Of a stretch of DNA of 64,000 bases, positions 12,842-24,874 are shown in pieces. The DNA lies in NCBI GenBank assembly GCA_013239625.1, contig MU054925.1, positions 3,977,934 through 4,041,933 of the forward strand. The letters run 5' to 3'. A program made the translations under genes and the position numbers. This DNA is from Lama guanicoe (Eukaryota). Numbering within the stretch: the stretch's first letter is position 1; the number at the start of each line of letters is the position of its first letter. Under the pieces are notes generated by a model. It did not search any database. It saw only the letters and a list, made by a program, of their open reading frames with translations, and was not told where the DNA came from.

Positions 12842-14162
12842 ACCTAGGAGGAAGTACCCCATCACACCATAGGGAAAGTTGCTAAATTTAAACTCAGGTC
12901 TAAGATTACACTGGCATCACTCTCTCTTGACCTAGCACCCCTTTTTTAACCAATCTGATAGAAGCAAGGCCTTTGGCTCTGATTGTGTGATGATGTGAGA
13001 GAGCCAGGAGACCTGCGTTCTACCTGCACTTACTCTGTGACTGAGGGTGCATCCCTGCTCCTCTCTGGGCCTGCTCCCTTATCTCTAAACCAAGGATATT
13101 AAGGAGTTACTCTTAGAGGTCCCTTTCAACTCTAAAATGTTGTCTCTGAGATGGAGATTGTGTTCTGGGCGTTTCCCCCGGTCCTCTATCAGAAGCCATC
13201 TCTGTTTGGTGATGACTTAGTGAGCAAGAATCATCAGGCAGCTCAGGCTTCCTGCGGGGAAGTGGCCGTGCCTGGTGAGGCCGTCTCTCTGGTGTGGCTG
13301 TGAACCCACTGGGGGAAGCATGAGGACAGCACCTAGTTTGTTTGTAGAAAGATGTTGCTGTGAGTTGTGAGGGCGTCCCTGCAGATCCATCCACGTCAGT
13401 CTGAGGGAGCCCTGGCCCAGCTGTTCCCATCCCCTCACCCCTGCCGAGGAAGAAGAGTGTCAGGCCCAGGCCCAGGCCAGCCAGGCAGCACCAGAGCTGA
13501 AACTAGGTCACCACCCGAGGTCCAGAACAAGCTCCTGTCAGGGGTCCCTAGAGTCAGCCTGTGAGGTCACAGCAGGGCCAGGTCCTGGACAGAGAGAACC
13601 TATCTGAAGTCAGAGCCAAAGCAGGAGAACAGGGTTCAGGCTGGACCTAAGAGCAGGTAGGGCCTGATACTGAGCTGAGCTGAGGGCTCCTGGGGCTGGA
13701 GGCTCCCTCTGGGCTTTGCCATAATGGGTGGCCCAGTCTCAGCTGCAGCGAGAGGAGGCAGGGCGGTGCTCTGCCATCATCATGGACCACGTCCTGGGGA
13801 TTCTGACGTGAACACTACAAGCTCCCAAGTCTCAAAAGCCCCCAGATGGACACACAGGTGCCTCCCCACTAGACACCCAGGGTTAACATGCTCTGGCTCC
13901 TGAGAGGCGTCTCGTGTGGTTCCATCCTGGAGCAGCCAGGGACCTCCAGTCTCAGAGTCAGCCCAGTTCCTCTGGTTCTTGAGAATTTCTGTGCCTCTCA
14001 CCAGGGGCTCTTTTCCGTGATGCCCAGTGGTCCCTGTGGAGGGTGCTATGGCCATTTCCACCTTGTCCTTGGTCCCTCCCAATAGATGTGCACCAGCTCT
14101 TGGAGGGCAGTCAAGAACTGTGTCCTTCTTCCATAGACATGCTCAGGACCCCCGTTTCTCTT

Positions 14163-14366
14163 NNNNNNNNNNNNNNNNNNNNNNNNNNNNNNNNNNNNNN
14201 NNNNNNNNNNNNNNNNNNNNNNNNNNNNNNNNNNNNNNNNNNNNNNNNNNNNNNNNNNNNNNNNNNNNNNNNNNNNNNNNNNNNNNNNNNNNNNNNNNNN
14301 NNNNNNNNNNNNNNNNNNNNNNNNNNNNNNNNNNNNNNNNNNNNNNNNNNNNNNNNNNNNNNNNNN
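14163..14366 (+). other. CACNA1D: assembly gap inferred to hold exon 29 (III-IV linker/IVS1)
   Basis: Exon 29 is not visible between exons 28 and 30; left flank ends in a pyrimidine tract (ccccgtttctctt); the 204-N gap can hold the ~53-codon exon. Confidence 0.85.
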
Positions 14367-15381
14367 CTGGGCCTTGGGCGCCGCTCCATGCCCCAAATTC
14401 TGAGGGTGGAGTGCACTCCCTCACCAGAGGAAGGGTTTGATTTTCTGATGAGTCTGGGCTGTAGTTTGGCCAGAGTCCCATTCTGGCTAACAGTTGCCAC
14501 GGCAGGAGTTTGCAGTCTCTCTTTTGCATAAGAGACTGACTGTATAATGTGACTGTAAGCAACATTTACACGGAGCCCAAGCATGGCGTTCAGTTGTGTA
14601 AACCTCGGCTGAGGGCCTCCTGTGGCCAGGGAGCAGTGGAGGGCTGAAGCTCTGTCTGTGTGGAGTTGGACAGACAGGGATTTCAATCCTGGCTTGACTC
14701 CTTACCAGCTGGGTGATCTGGGGAAAGTTATATCCCCTGAGCCTGGCTTTTTTTTATTGGTTAAATGGGAACTCTGTCACACCTACCTCAGAAACAGAGT
14801 TTGCCAGGTCATTCGTGTCAGGCCCTTTGCTCTGGGCCTGTCACAGAGTGACGTTCTGTCCTCAAGTCGCTGTCAGTACGGCGGTGGGAACTCATCCAGT
14901 CTGTGGGATACTGGGTCTGACCTGCATCACAGCTACTCTTTGCTCGCCCTGGAGGCAAGGAATACAGCTCAACTCACTTGGCTGTGTTGGGGCACATGGA
15001 GGTATTAATAACCGCGGACGTTTCCAGCACTCACGTTGTCTAGTGGATGTTGCATTGGGACAAGAGAGACCAAGGTCTAGATTCATTTTCCCACTGACTT
15101 GAAGAATTTGAGCAAATCAAACCAACTCCCAGTGCTGTCTGGAAAATGTATCTAAAGACACCCAAGGATACATTTTCTGGCCCTTGCCTTAAATTTTAGA
15201 ATTCTTTACGAATGAGAAGGCCCATGTGCTGATGTAGGGAAAAGCGTGAAGTCAGGATAATACTGACTTTGATGGAACATAAGCCTGAATGGGATAAAAT
15301 GTATCCCTAACCAAACCTTCCCTTTAGTTACAGACTGTGGGTGTGCTCTGCATTGTGCCTGGGCCGAGGCCCTGAACATAA

Positions 15382-15795
<414 letters not shown>

Positions 15796-16446
15796 TGAAC
15801 CCACTTTTCAAAGGCTGTTGCTGAATCACCCCAGAGAAGCACCCACTTCCTGTCAGTCTTGGGTTGCTGAACTGTGCTGAATTGTTCTGGCCGTTAACTA
15901 AGTTATCACCTGAGAACTTGATTAAATCAGTTAAAATCTGATTAGGGCATCTATGTACATATGAGAAAATAAATCTGCAAAAACAAAACCTCATAAAAAC
16001 AATTCTGAGAAAAAGAAGGGAAGAGAGAGTTGGGAATTTGTAGAATTGAGAGTGTTTTGAAACCTGATGTTCTGTTTCTCGAAGAGTGTTGTCATGCTAT
16101 CTCATGGAAACTTGCGTCGTTACTCGAGCTCTAGAGAAGTCATCTTTATATAACCCCTCAGAGATAATTCAACCCTGCTTTTACTTTTAGATCTCCATCA
16201 TAGAGACTGTGGTTTTATTTGTTCTTGGTCTACAGCATCTTTTTCACCTTTTATGGAAAATTCTGCCAGCTGCAGACCTCTCATGACCATACCATCTTTC
16301 GTTTGTTTAATTTAGAAAAATTTCACTTGACTTTAAGGCAAAACAAGACATGAGCCTTTTAAACTTTGTTGGACGGCTCAGCATATTATGTCTCCTTTAG
16401 TGGGGAGAGAATCCAGTCCCACAGTTGTCAATGTCTGTAGTGTAAG

Positions 16447-16657
16447 AGACAGATGGTACAGTGTCCAAGGGCACGCGTGGTTCCGAAACGAGACTGGATT
16501 CAAATTCCCAAGCAAGTTACTTAACTGTTCTGTGCCTCTATTTCCTCATCCATGAAATGAGGACACTAATAGCCCTATTTCATAGGGTGGCTTAGAGGAG
16601 TGAAGAGTCACCTTATGTGCCATACTTAGAAGAGTGCATGTCATGTAGCACCATGCT
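16447..16657 (+). mobile_element. MIR SINE relic
   Basis: Core gcaagttacttaactgttctgtgcctctatttcctcatccatgaaatgagg; boundaries approximate. Confidence 0.7.
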
Positions 16658-16994
16658 GTGGATGTGTCAGTACTGTTACTGTGACCACCACCATCATTGT
16701 CATCGAGTGATGATATTCCCATGTCCGAAACCCCAGGCAGAGAAGAAGCAAATCCAGGCTGAGCTGTGGGACCCTCAGTTTCTTTTCTAGCCAAGCCTCC
16801 ATCTTTCAGAGTTAGAGAATTAGCGCAGTGACCCAGGTGTCTGTTCACTGGTGTGTAAGGTATCTAACAGCACTAATTGAAGTAAGACTTGGATTACGAA
16901 ATGATGGTTTCACGTCCTCCATACTTGCGTGGAATTCTAATTCAGAACTGTTCCTTTCTTTAATTTGAATTAATTTCTATGCAATCTTTGTCAG

Positions 16995-17024
16995 GTCTTT
17001 GTGGACCAAAAAGAAAGGACACTT
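16995..17024 (+). CDS. CACNA1D: candidate 30-nt microexon '30a' (IVS2-S3 loop) VFVDQKERTL
   Basis: ctttgtcag|GTC TTT GTG GAC CAA AAA GAA AGG ACA CTT|gtaagt; phase 0/0, no stop; resembles recalled chicken exon 30a peptide IFVRKKERWL. Confidence 0.75.
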
Positions 17025-18869
17025 GTAAGTGATCGATCGGGGTGATTGCAGTGGGGTCAGATTTGGCACTTTTGCATGGCCAGATGCTGTATACTGTGAC
17101 TTGTCCATATCTCCATCCAGACACATTTCCTCCCCTCCCAAACGCCTCTGAATTTCTTTTGAGATTTTGGTTTGCTTCCCCCTCCCCTTTCCGTCTTTGA
17201 ACAGTATTTGTCGGGACTAATGGCAAGGTTGCCAAGTAAGAACATCACACTTGAGGTGTGACTCGGAACGTATCTGTGGAACATTTCCTAGGTCCGCTTG
17301 CCATTCCTTCCCCTGCCTGGTGATTAAGCCCTGAGAAGGCATGTGTGTGTGAGTCCTTGTGTGTCTGTGTGTGCCCTCCAGCAGCCCAGGTGTCAGTGGC
17401 TGTGCCCGATGAACCACTGATACCAAACCTGGGAGGAGAGTTGAGTGGCGTGTGAACAGACTGGTGGGGCCAAAGGGAAGTGAGTAGCTAATCTATAATC
17501 AGTACTGATCAATCAGAGTTTTAAAATGAGTGATTTCCGCTAGATGTGCCGCTTTGTGGTTTTCTTCCATGAGATATTTTCATAGCAGAAGACGTCCTCA
17601 GATGACAAGTGAGAGAAATTTTAAAACAGCAATAGCAGCATCTCTACGCTTGAGGGGCACTGTCGCTGTGTTTGCAAAGCAGAGAGATTTTATGCTGTTA
17701 TTGTGTGTCTGGAGGAGTGGGAGTCATTTCACGGAGAAGCCAATCTCTTCTTAAAACTCTCCCTGACTGTCCTGTCTCATCTCCAGTGTCGGCAAACCAC
17801 GGCCAGGCGAGTGGTCTTCCACAGAGCAGTCGGGGGGCAGTGGGGCTGAGGAACCGTGCAGCACAGGCGGCCGGAGCTCCGAGGGGATGGCCGCAGGGGC
17901 AGAGGGCTGGGAATTTGGCCCCTCAGTCTCATCTCAGGAAGTCTTTGTCTCTCGTGAGGAGCTCTGTCACGGGGTCCTTTGGGGCAGCATTCTCCACAGT
18001 GGGGGGCACACCTTCTGGGAGAGCTTGTCAGCATCTGTTAGGGGAGACGGGGGTGGCTGTTGTCTTGTAATACAAGTAGGAGAGTGAAGTTGGACAGAAT
18101 CCTTCCTGGTGAGAAGGCATCACAGGAGCCCGGGTTCGAACAAGTGGAAGATGTTCCAACAATCCTGGCGATGCCTTCCATATTCGAGGGCCTGACAGGT
18201 AAATGGGGCCTCCTGAGAGAACACATTTAGAGGGATGTGGACTGAGGATGTGCAAGGTGAGGTCGTCCAGCCTGCCTAAGCAGGAATGGCTGAGGTAGGG
18301 GGACGGGAATAGGACACCTGAGCTGGGAGCTTCCCTGGTTGGGAAGGCAGGCTCACTCCAGGGGAAGAGTGTGGGTTGGACGAGTGTGGAAGGTGGTGAG
18401 AAGCCAGAGAGCCAAGGAGTGAGACCAAAGCAAGCAGGCTCTTTGGTGGGTAGTGTCATCTCCCCAGGGAAGGCCCACCCATTGGACATGGACCTCATGC
18501 ACTTGGAGTGACCGAGCCACCCTAGGATTTTAAAAGGTGGGCTGTGTTGTAGGTAAGAGACCAGCCCTGTTCCCCAGGCCTTCCCCTCCAGGACTCTCAA
18601 ATGGCAGCCACTAGAGTTCTCCAATGAGTTCTTTTGCTCCAAGGAAGAAGATTGAAGAAGGGCCTTTCCCAAAGTGCTGGCTCCTGCAGGTATAAAGAGC
18701 ACTTCTGATTTGCCTGAGGTCCACTCTCGTGCTTCCAGAAGGTGCCCATCGGATGTTGTGTCCAGCCCATATTGGAGGCCGCGTGCCCTGCCTTGGATGT
18801 GGGCTTTCCCCTGGGAGCCACACTTTGTTCCCAAATCTTAGACCTGAAAGCATTTTGATCTTGGTTCTA

Positions 18870-19034
18870 CAGTTGGCCCTTGAACAACATGTGGGTCAGT
18901 CCAGGTATAACTTAAGAGTCACCCCTCTGTATCCAAGCTTCCTCTGTAACCACGGACCAGTGGCTGTGGTATTTACTGTTGAAAAATATCTTTATATCAG
19001 CGGACCTACACAGCTCAGCCCCGAGAGTCAACTA
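18870..19034. mobile_element. TcMar-Tigger (Tigger2-type) MITE
   Basis: ta|cagttggcccttgaacaac ... gagtcaacta|ta termini; internal gtatttactgttgaaaaatatc...gcggacc. Confidence 0.7.
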
Positions 19035-22000
19035 TACTTTTAAAATGTCTAATTTACATGCCCAGCCACTTGAGCTTGGAAGAAGAGTTATCAGTTTTGA
19101 GGAAGGAAGAAAGTGGTTTAGTGCTGTCCTCATGCTTTTGGACAGGGTGGACATGCAGTGGGCACTGGGTCATCCAGTCCCGTCAGCCTCTGAGGACAGC
19201 ACTCCGTACCCAGAGGCCCTGGCAGGAATGAGACTGCTTCAAAAGCCCCAGCAGCCTTCCCGGAGTACAGAGTTCCTAGAGTGACTAATGTTAATGCCGA
19301 ATAACACCCGAGAGCAGATATTTTTCTTCTCCTTAACTAGAACTTTATGCCAGACTCCTCCAGGGGCTCAGCCTGCCCCTTCCGTGTCGGGGTTTCCCCG
19401 GGCTCTCTCCTGGTCCCCTTCTCACCTGGTAAAAGGCCAGCATGCCTGGGGTGTTAGTGGCCAGCTCCACCTCGCCCCAGCCTGCACTGCCCTCCTCCCT
19501 CCTGAGCTGCTCTGATGGCTGAATCATCCCTGCCTCTAGCCTCAGCCTGCCTCCCTTCATCCCCCACACGCTCCCTTTGTAAACCCAAAGCTGACCGTGC
19601 CACCTATGGTGTGAAAGAAAAAAATCTGTAATTTCTTAATTGAATATTCAAAGTCCTGCACCAAACACTAGCCCACTTACATTTCTGCCTCACTGCTAGC
19701 CTCACTCTCCTGGCCATTCCTCCTCTCCACCATGTCCCCACTGCTGGCATGCTGGACCTTTCCTTGGCACAGGCTTCTATGTCTAAAGCCCTTTTTCCAC
19801 CTTGTTACCCTTTAAGGCCTGTCAGGAATGTGGGCTTCTCCGTGACAGTGTCCCCCAGCCCAGCCAGGTCAGCTCTCCTCTCACATGTGCTTCTTTTAGA
19901 TGCTCACGGTACGTTGTCGACATCAGGACCACCCTTGTCTCTCTCCATTAGGTGATGAGCAGCTGCTCAAGGTCACAGGTAGGGTTGTGTTTGTTTCACG
20001 CAATGCCTGCTACACGCTGGTTACTCAGTAAAAAGTGATGGAAGGAAGACAGGAGTGAAGGGATGAGCCTGTGAGTGTAGCCTCTTGGTATCAGATACTA
20101 CCTGCTTTTCTGTCACAGATTTGGGCAGAGCAGAATGGCCAATTGTGAATGCATTTTCTTTTGAGCCTCCACTTGACCTTTGGAAAGGCTTATGCTGGTT
20201 AGAAAGCTGTCAATTACAGTTTCTGCCCAAAGTCGGCACTGTGGTCATCCATTGGGTCGAATGCTACCCAGGCAACCCCTGGAAGGAATTGGTAAGTGAG
20301 CTGACTGCCTCAGTGAACAGCAAGGTGCCGATCACTTGTCCAGGTATCTTCAGACCTGCAGAGGTGAGAGACCCCAGGCAGCAGAAGGAACCTGGACTTG
20401 GGCTGCCTTTCTCATTTCCATTGCACAGACCTTGCCTCTTACTGTGTGCCACGCCCACACTCTGTCCTGCTGGGGGTCCAGGCTCTGCTTCCAGGAGCCT
20501 AGAGTCAGGCGGGAGACCACGTTGATGACAGTCAGGATAGAGTTCTTAGAAGCAAGGGAGCTTCCTGGCCCCAAGCCCACATCAGTCTGGTTTATGATTT
20601 TAAATTTCTGGAGTCAGAAGTGTTTCTGAGTAATAGATGTTATTGCATGTGGCTGACTTGCTTGGTCCTTTCAAATGGGTGAGGCTGGCTCTGGCTGGGC
20701 TGGTAGGGACTGCTGGTTCCACTGAGGGGACCCAACTCAGCATTCAGTTGTAGGAGACCCTGCTGTCACCGGCCAAGAGGGGAGAGCATGGTGGAAGCCC
20801 TTGCCTCACCTTCTGGTTACCCAGACACTGCGGTGACTTTGTCAGCAAAGGTGGGGGGCTGAGTCATACTCACTTGACAGTGATTTTACTACATAGGCGG
20901 CTACTAAACAGGGAAACGAGATGTGGGAAGAAGGGGCGGGCTGGCATTTTCTGCCTCCCGTGGACCCCTGGCAGAGCCACCTGGTCAGAGCCTGTGACTC
21001 CAGCCACCTGGACCGACTGAAGCCTCCTGTCACCTAGATTAGTGGAGTCAGCTTTCAGTCGAGGAACCCTCAGGAATTTCGGCACAGTTTTGTGAGCGCA
21101 GTTGGACACTCTGGAGAGTGAGGATGAGATGATTGGAGAGTTCCAGGACCCCACACAGTGCATCAAGCCCTTGTCGTGCTAATTTAAAGTGACTTTCCAC
21201 ACCACAGTGGGCCAGGACTGGCCAGTTGGAGAATGGTTTGTAGGCTGATAGGAAGGACCCAAAGGTGAATACTGATAATTCTGCAGAGACAGAAGCAGAG
21301 AGAGAGAGGAGCTATTCAGGAACAAAATCTAAAGTAGGTGAGAGGGGCATTGAGTCCACAGTGAGTGGGCGCGGCCTCGGTAGATGGTGGATATCAAGAG
21401 GTGGAGCAGAGCACGTGGCGCAGCCGCGGGTGGGGCTGGCCGTGTGCCGGGACGGGAGAGGAGGGACACCGGGTCTGCCACCGCTCTGTACCCTGGAGCC
21501 CCAGTTACTGATGACCATGCATTTATAAGGCATCAGCTCCTGCCTAGAGGTGCAGGGAGGGATCACCAGGCTCTGGAGCCTTGGGTTGCTGTTAACCCAC
21601 ATAAAAAAGGTCAGGCCCTGCCCTCAGCAGTTGGGAGAATCTTAAATTATTTAAGATGGAATTTGAAAAACAATCCCAAACCGTAAGTCAGTGTTATAGC
21701 TCCTCCGTAAACGCACTTGGGGTGATTAACAGTGACTAGAAGGAACATCCCAGTTACCAGAACAGCTAATGTGTCCTCGTTCTCTGCAGTGTAATAGAAG
21801 GCGGGGACTCCGCGGTGGCTTCCTCTGGGCCTGCACTGGATCACCAGTTCATGGGACCTGACACTTCAAAGGGCTTTCCGTTCTGGTTTTGAGCACTAAG
21901 TGTACCCAGTTGTAAGCACGCTGGGCTCCGTTTTATGTAATTCAGACCTGAATTTTTATTTCCAAAACATGCTCCAACTTGTTGAAAAGATGCAGTTGAA

Positions 22001-23164
22001 TTGCAGACAGAATCGTTGACCTTGCACCCAGAAGCCTCCGTGCTCCCCGCCTCCCACTCCAGTTGAGAGCTTCCTGGGGGGAATCAGGAGACAACAGGCA
22101 CTGATTTAGCACCTACTGTGCTGAGCCCAGAGGAGGACGTAAAATGTATGCCATGTATCTACAGATTTATAAGTCACAATCTTAGGGATGTTGTACCTTC
22201 AACAAGATATGAGAACCTGAAATAACAGGAACCAGGTACAGTTGAATGACAGGAGGGGGCAGGTTAGTGGAAGGAGGAGGCGTTGCCACAAGTCAAGCAC
22301 TAACTGGGTTCATGGCTCTGGGCTAGGTGGTGGGATTAGTGGAGGAGGGGACAGAGCAGTCATCACGGTCCCCATCAGAGGGCTTTCTGCAGGATAGGCC
22401 AGCAGGCAAAGACCCCAAATTCAGACCTGAAAGAGATGCAGAGTCACCATGACAGTAAGTGCATCAGGAGCATCTGAAAAGGAGCCATTGGGGAATTGGC
22501 ATTTGATTTGACCGTGAAGGAGGAAGTGGATTTGGGCAGATAGAGGCCTGGATTGCAGAGGCATCAGAAGGTGGGGAAGAACCTGGTGGTGGTTTTGAGG
22601 GATGGAAAGGTGTCCTCTTAGCCTGGAGGATGCAGAAGGAGGGGAGGAAAGCCAGAGCTGTGGTGGAAGGAGAGCGTGTAGGGTTTGGGCCTTCTTTGGA
22701 GGACAGTTGAGTGGCAGCATCGACCCTCAGTACTTCTTTCCCTGGGAGACCTGCCATGGCCTCCCTGCAGCGATCCCCAGGCCCCACACCCGCCTCTGTG
22801 CCTCAGACCTCATGCATCGCTGTGCCTGTCTCCCTGTGAGCCGTTGCCACATGTCTGTGTCCCTTTAGACACAGAGCTCTGTGAGGACCACCTGCCACAG
22901 GGCATACCCTTTGCAATAGTTGCACTAGTGGACAGGAGGAAGGGATACTGGTTTGTTTCAAGGCCACAGAAGTGACAATGTGTGAAATGTCAACCACAGT
23001 GCTCTTAAAGTGGGAGAAGAGAAGAAAGTGGGGTGATTGGTGACCCTTCTCCATCATCCAGTGAGGGGTTGGGGTCATGACCCTGGGTGCCAGGGCACGG
23101 TCACCAAATGCCTCTCTCTGTCCTGCAGACACTCAGCTTGGTTCAGTGCTGTCCAGGACCGTGA

Positions 23165-23166
<2 letters not shown>

Positions 23167-23198
<32 letters not shown>
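23167..23198 (+). repeat. (TG)16 microsatellite
   Basis: Read directly; ~200 nt upstream of exon 31a. Confidence 0.95.
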
Positions 23199-23201
<3 letters not shown>

Positions 23202-23401
23202 ATACGTGTGTGCCCTCACACATGCAGGTGCCCGTGCCCCATGTCACTCTCCACTGTTGGCCAGTATCATCACTTCCCTTTGGCCCTTGAACCCCACTGG
23301 ATTGCCGTGGGTGCCGTGGGGCCCAGGTGTGTCCCCACGTGGTCAGCATGGCGTCTCATTGCTATGTGCTCATAAACGTCTGCCCCGCCCACTCTGTCCA
23401 G

Positions 23402-23485
23402 GGGTACTTTAGTGATGCCTGGAACACGTTTGACTCCCTCATCGTAATCGGCAGCATTGTAGACGTGGCCCTCAGCGAAGCTGAC
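23402..23485 (+). CDS. CACNA1D: exon 31a (IVS3) [28 protein letters not shown]
   Basis: ctgtccag|GGG...GAC|gtgagt; 84 nt. Confidence 0.96.
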
Positions 23486-23934
23486 GTGAGTATGTGCCCG
23501 CCTGGGGCGCCCCCCTCCCATCCTCTCTCTGTCTGTGCACCTCCACTCCCGCCCTGCACTGCATCACCTGGACAAGTCACAGAGCCCAGTCGTACTTGGT
23601 CGAATACCAGGAGTTTTCTAATGAGAGCTGAACAGAAGAGGCCTTTTAGGGTAGAGCCTGATCCTGGGCCTTTCTCAACGCAAAGCACCTTAGGGAGGGC
23701 CGACTGCTTTGCACTATCACCCAGGTCACTGGCAGGCAGGGCAAGAGAGGCATCTGGAACTGTTTTATCTGCTGTGTCAGAAGTGGTACCCAAAGTGATG
23801 TACCTACAACATGTTTGCTTTAGGGCGATTTTTCAAGTAGCCAGGTGGCTTAATGCTAGAATGTTCCCCTTTTATAACACTGTCCTTTTCTTCTTTTTTT
23901 CCCCATTGTGCTTCCTCTCTTCTGTGGCTTCTGA

Positions 23935-24074
23935 NNNNNNNNNNNNNNNNNNNNNNNNNNNNNNNNNNNNNNNNNNNNNNNNNNNNNNNNNNNNNNNNNN
24001 NNNNNNNNNNNNNNNNNNNNNNNNNNNNNNNNNNNNNNNNNNNNNNNNNNNNNNNNNNNNNNNNNNNNNNNNNN
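23935..24074 (+). other. CACNA1D: assembly gap probably hiding mutually exclusive exon 31b (IVS3)
   Basis: A long AG-free pyrimidine tract (~23861-23934) runs into the gap; the known 31b peptide is not visible elsewhere. Confidence 0.6.
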
Positions 24075-24283
24075 GTTAAGTCTAACGGGGAGGAGACCAG
24101 AAACCCTCCCCATGGATCTCTGAGCACTTTAGAAATTCATGCACACATTCATTTCAAAAGGCAAAGAACAGTTTGTCGTCTTCCCTCCCTCCCCCTCCCC
24201 CTCTCTCCTGAATGAGAGTGGGGAAGTAAGTGTAGAATTGCTATTTTGGAACAAATACATCATTTTAAAAGGAGACCTTATTA

Positions 24284-24874
24284 GGACAGTATGGAGGTTC
24301 CTTAAAAAACTAAAAATAGACACACCAGCAATCCCACTCCTGGGCATATATCTGGAGAAAACTATAATTTGAAAANNNNNNNNNNNNNNNNNNNNNNNNN
24401 NNNNNNNNNNNNNNNNNNNNNNNNNNNNNNNNNNNNNNNNNNNNNNNNNNNNNNNNNNNNNNNNNNNNNNNNNNNNNNNNNNNNNNNNNNNNNNNNNNNN
24501 NNNNNNNNNNNNNNNNNNNNNNNNNNNNNNNNNNNNNNNNNNNNNNNNNNNNNNNNNNNNNNNNNNNNNNNNNNNNNNNNNNNNNNNNNNTGTTGAGTGA
24601 AGTCAGACAGAAAAAGACAAATATCATGATACCACTTATATGTGGAGTCTAAAAGTAATGATATAAATTCTATTTACAAACTAAAAACAGACTCACAGAC
24701 ATAGAAAACAAACTGGTTACCAAAGGGGAAAGGGCAGGGAGGGATAAATTAGGGGTTGAGAATTAACAGACACACATTACTATATATAAAATAGATAAAC
24801 AACAAGGATCTACTGTATAGGACAGGGAACTATATTCAATTTCTTGTAATAAGATATAATAGAAAAGGAAAAAA
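24284..24874 (+). mobile_element. truncated LINE-1 (ORF2 end and 3'UTR), sense to host gene, partly gapped
   Basis: cagtatggaggttccttaaaaaactaaaaatag...ccagcaatcccactcctgggcatatatc...agactcacagacatagaaaacaaac...acagggaactatattcaa; TSD agaccttatta at 24273-24283 and 24875-24885. Confidence 0.9.

Noticed and set aside
18028-18834. 268-aa minus-strand ORF, and the other long non-exonic ORFs in the track
   Set aside because: No recognisable domain, composition typical of random GC-rich intron, mostly non-ATG starts; several others are long only because they cross N-gaps.
20119-20291. 173-nt pseudo-exon (tcacag|...TTG|gtaagt)
   Set aside because: Out of frame with an early TGA, a short pyrimidine tract and no supporting motifs; such pairs are common by chance.
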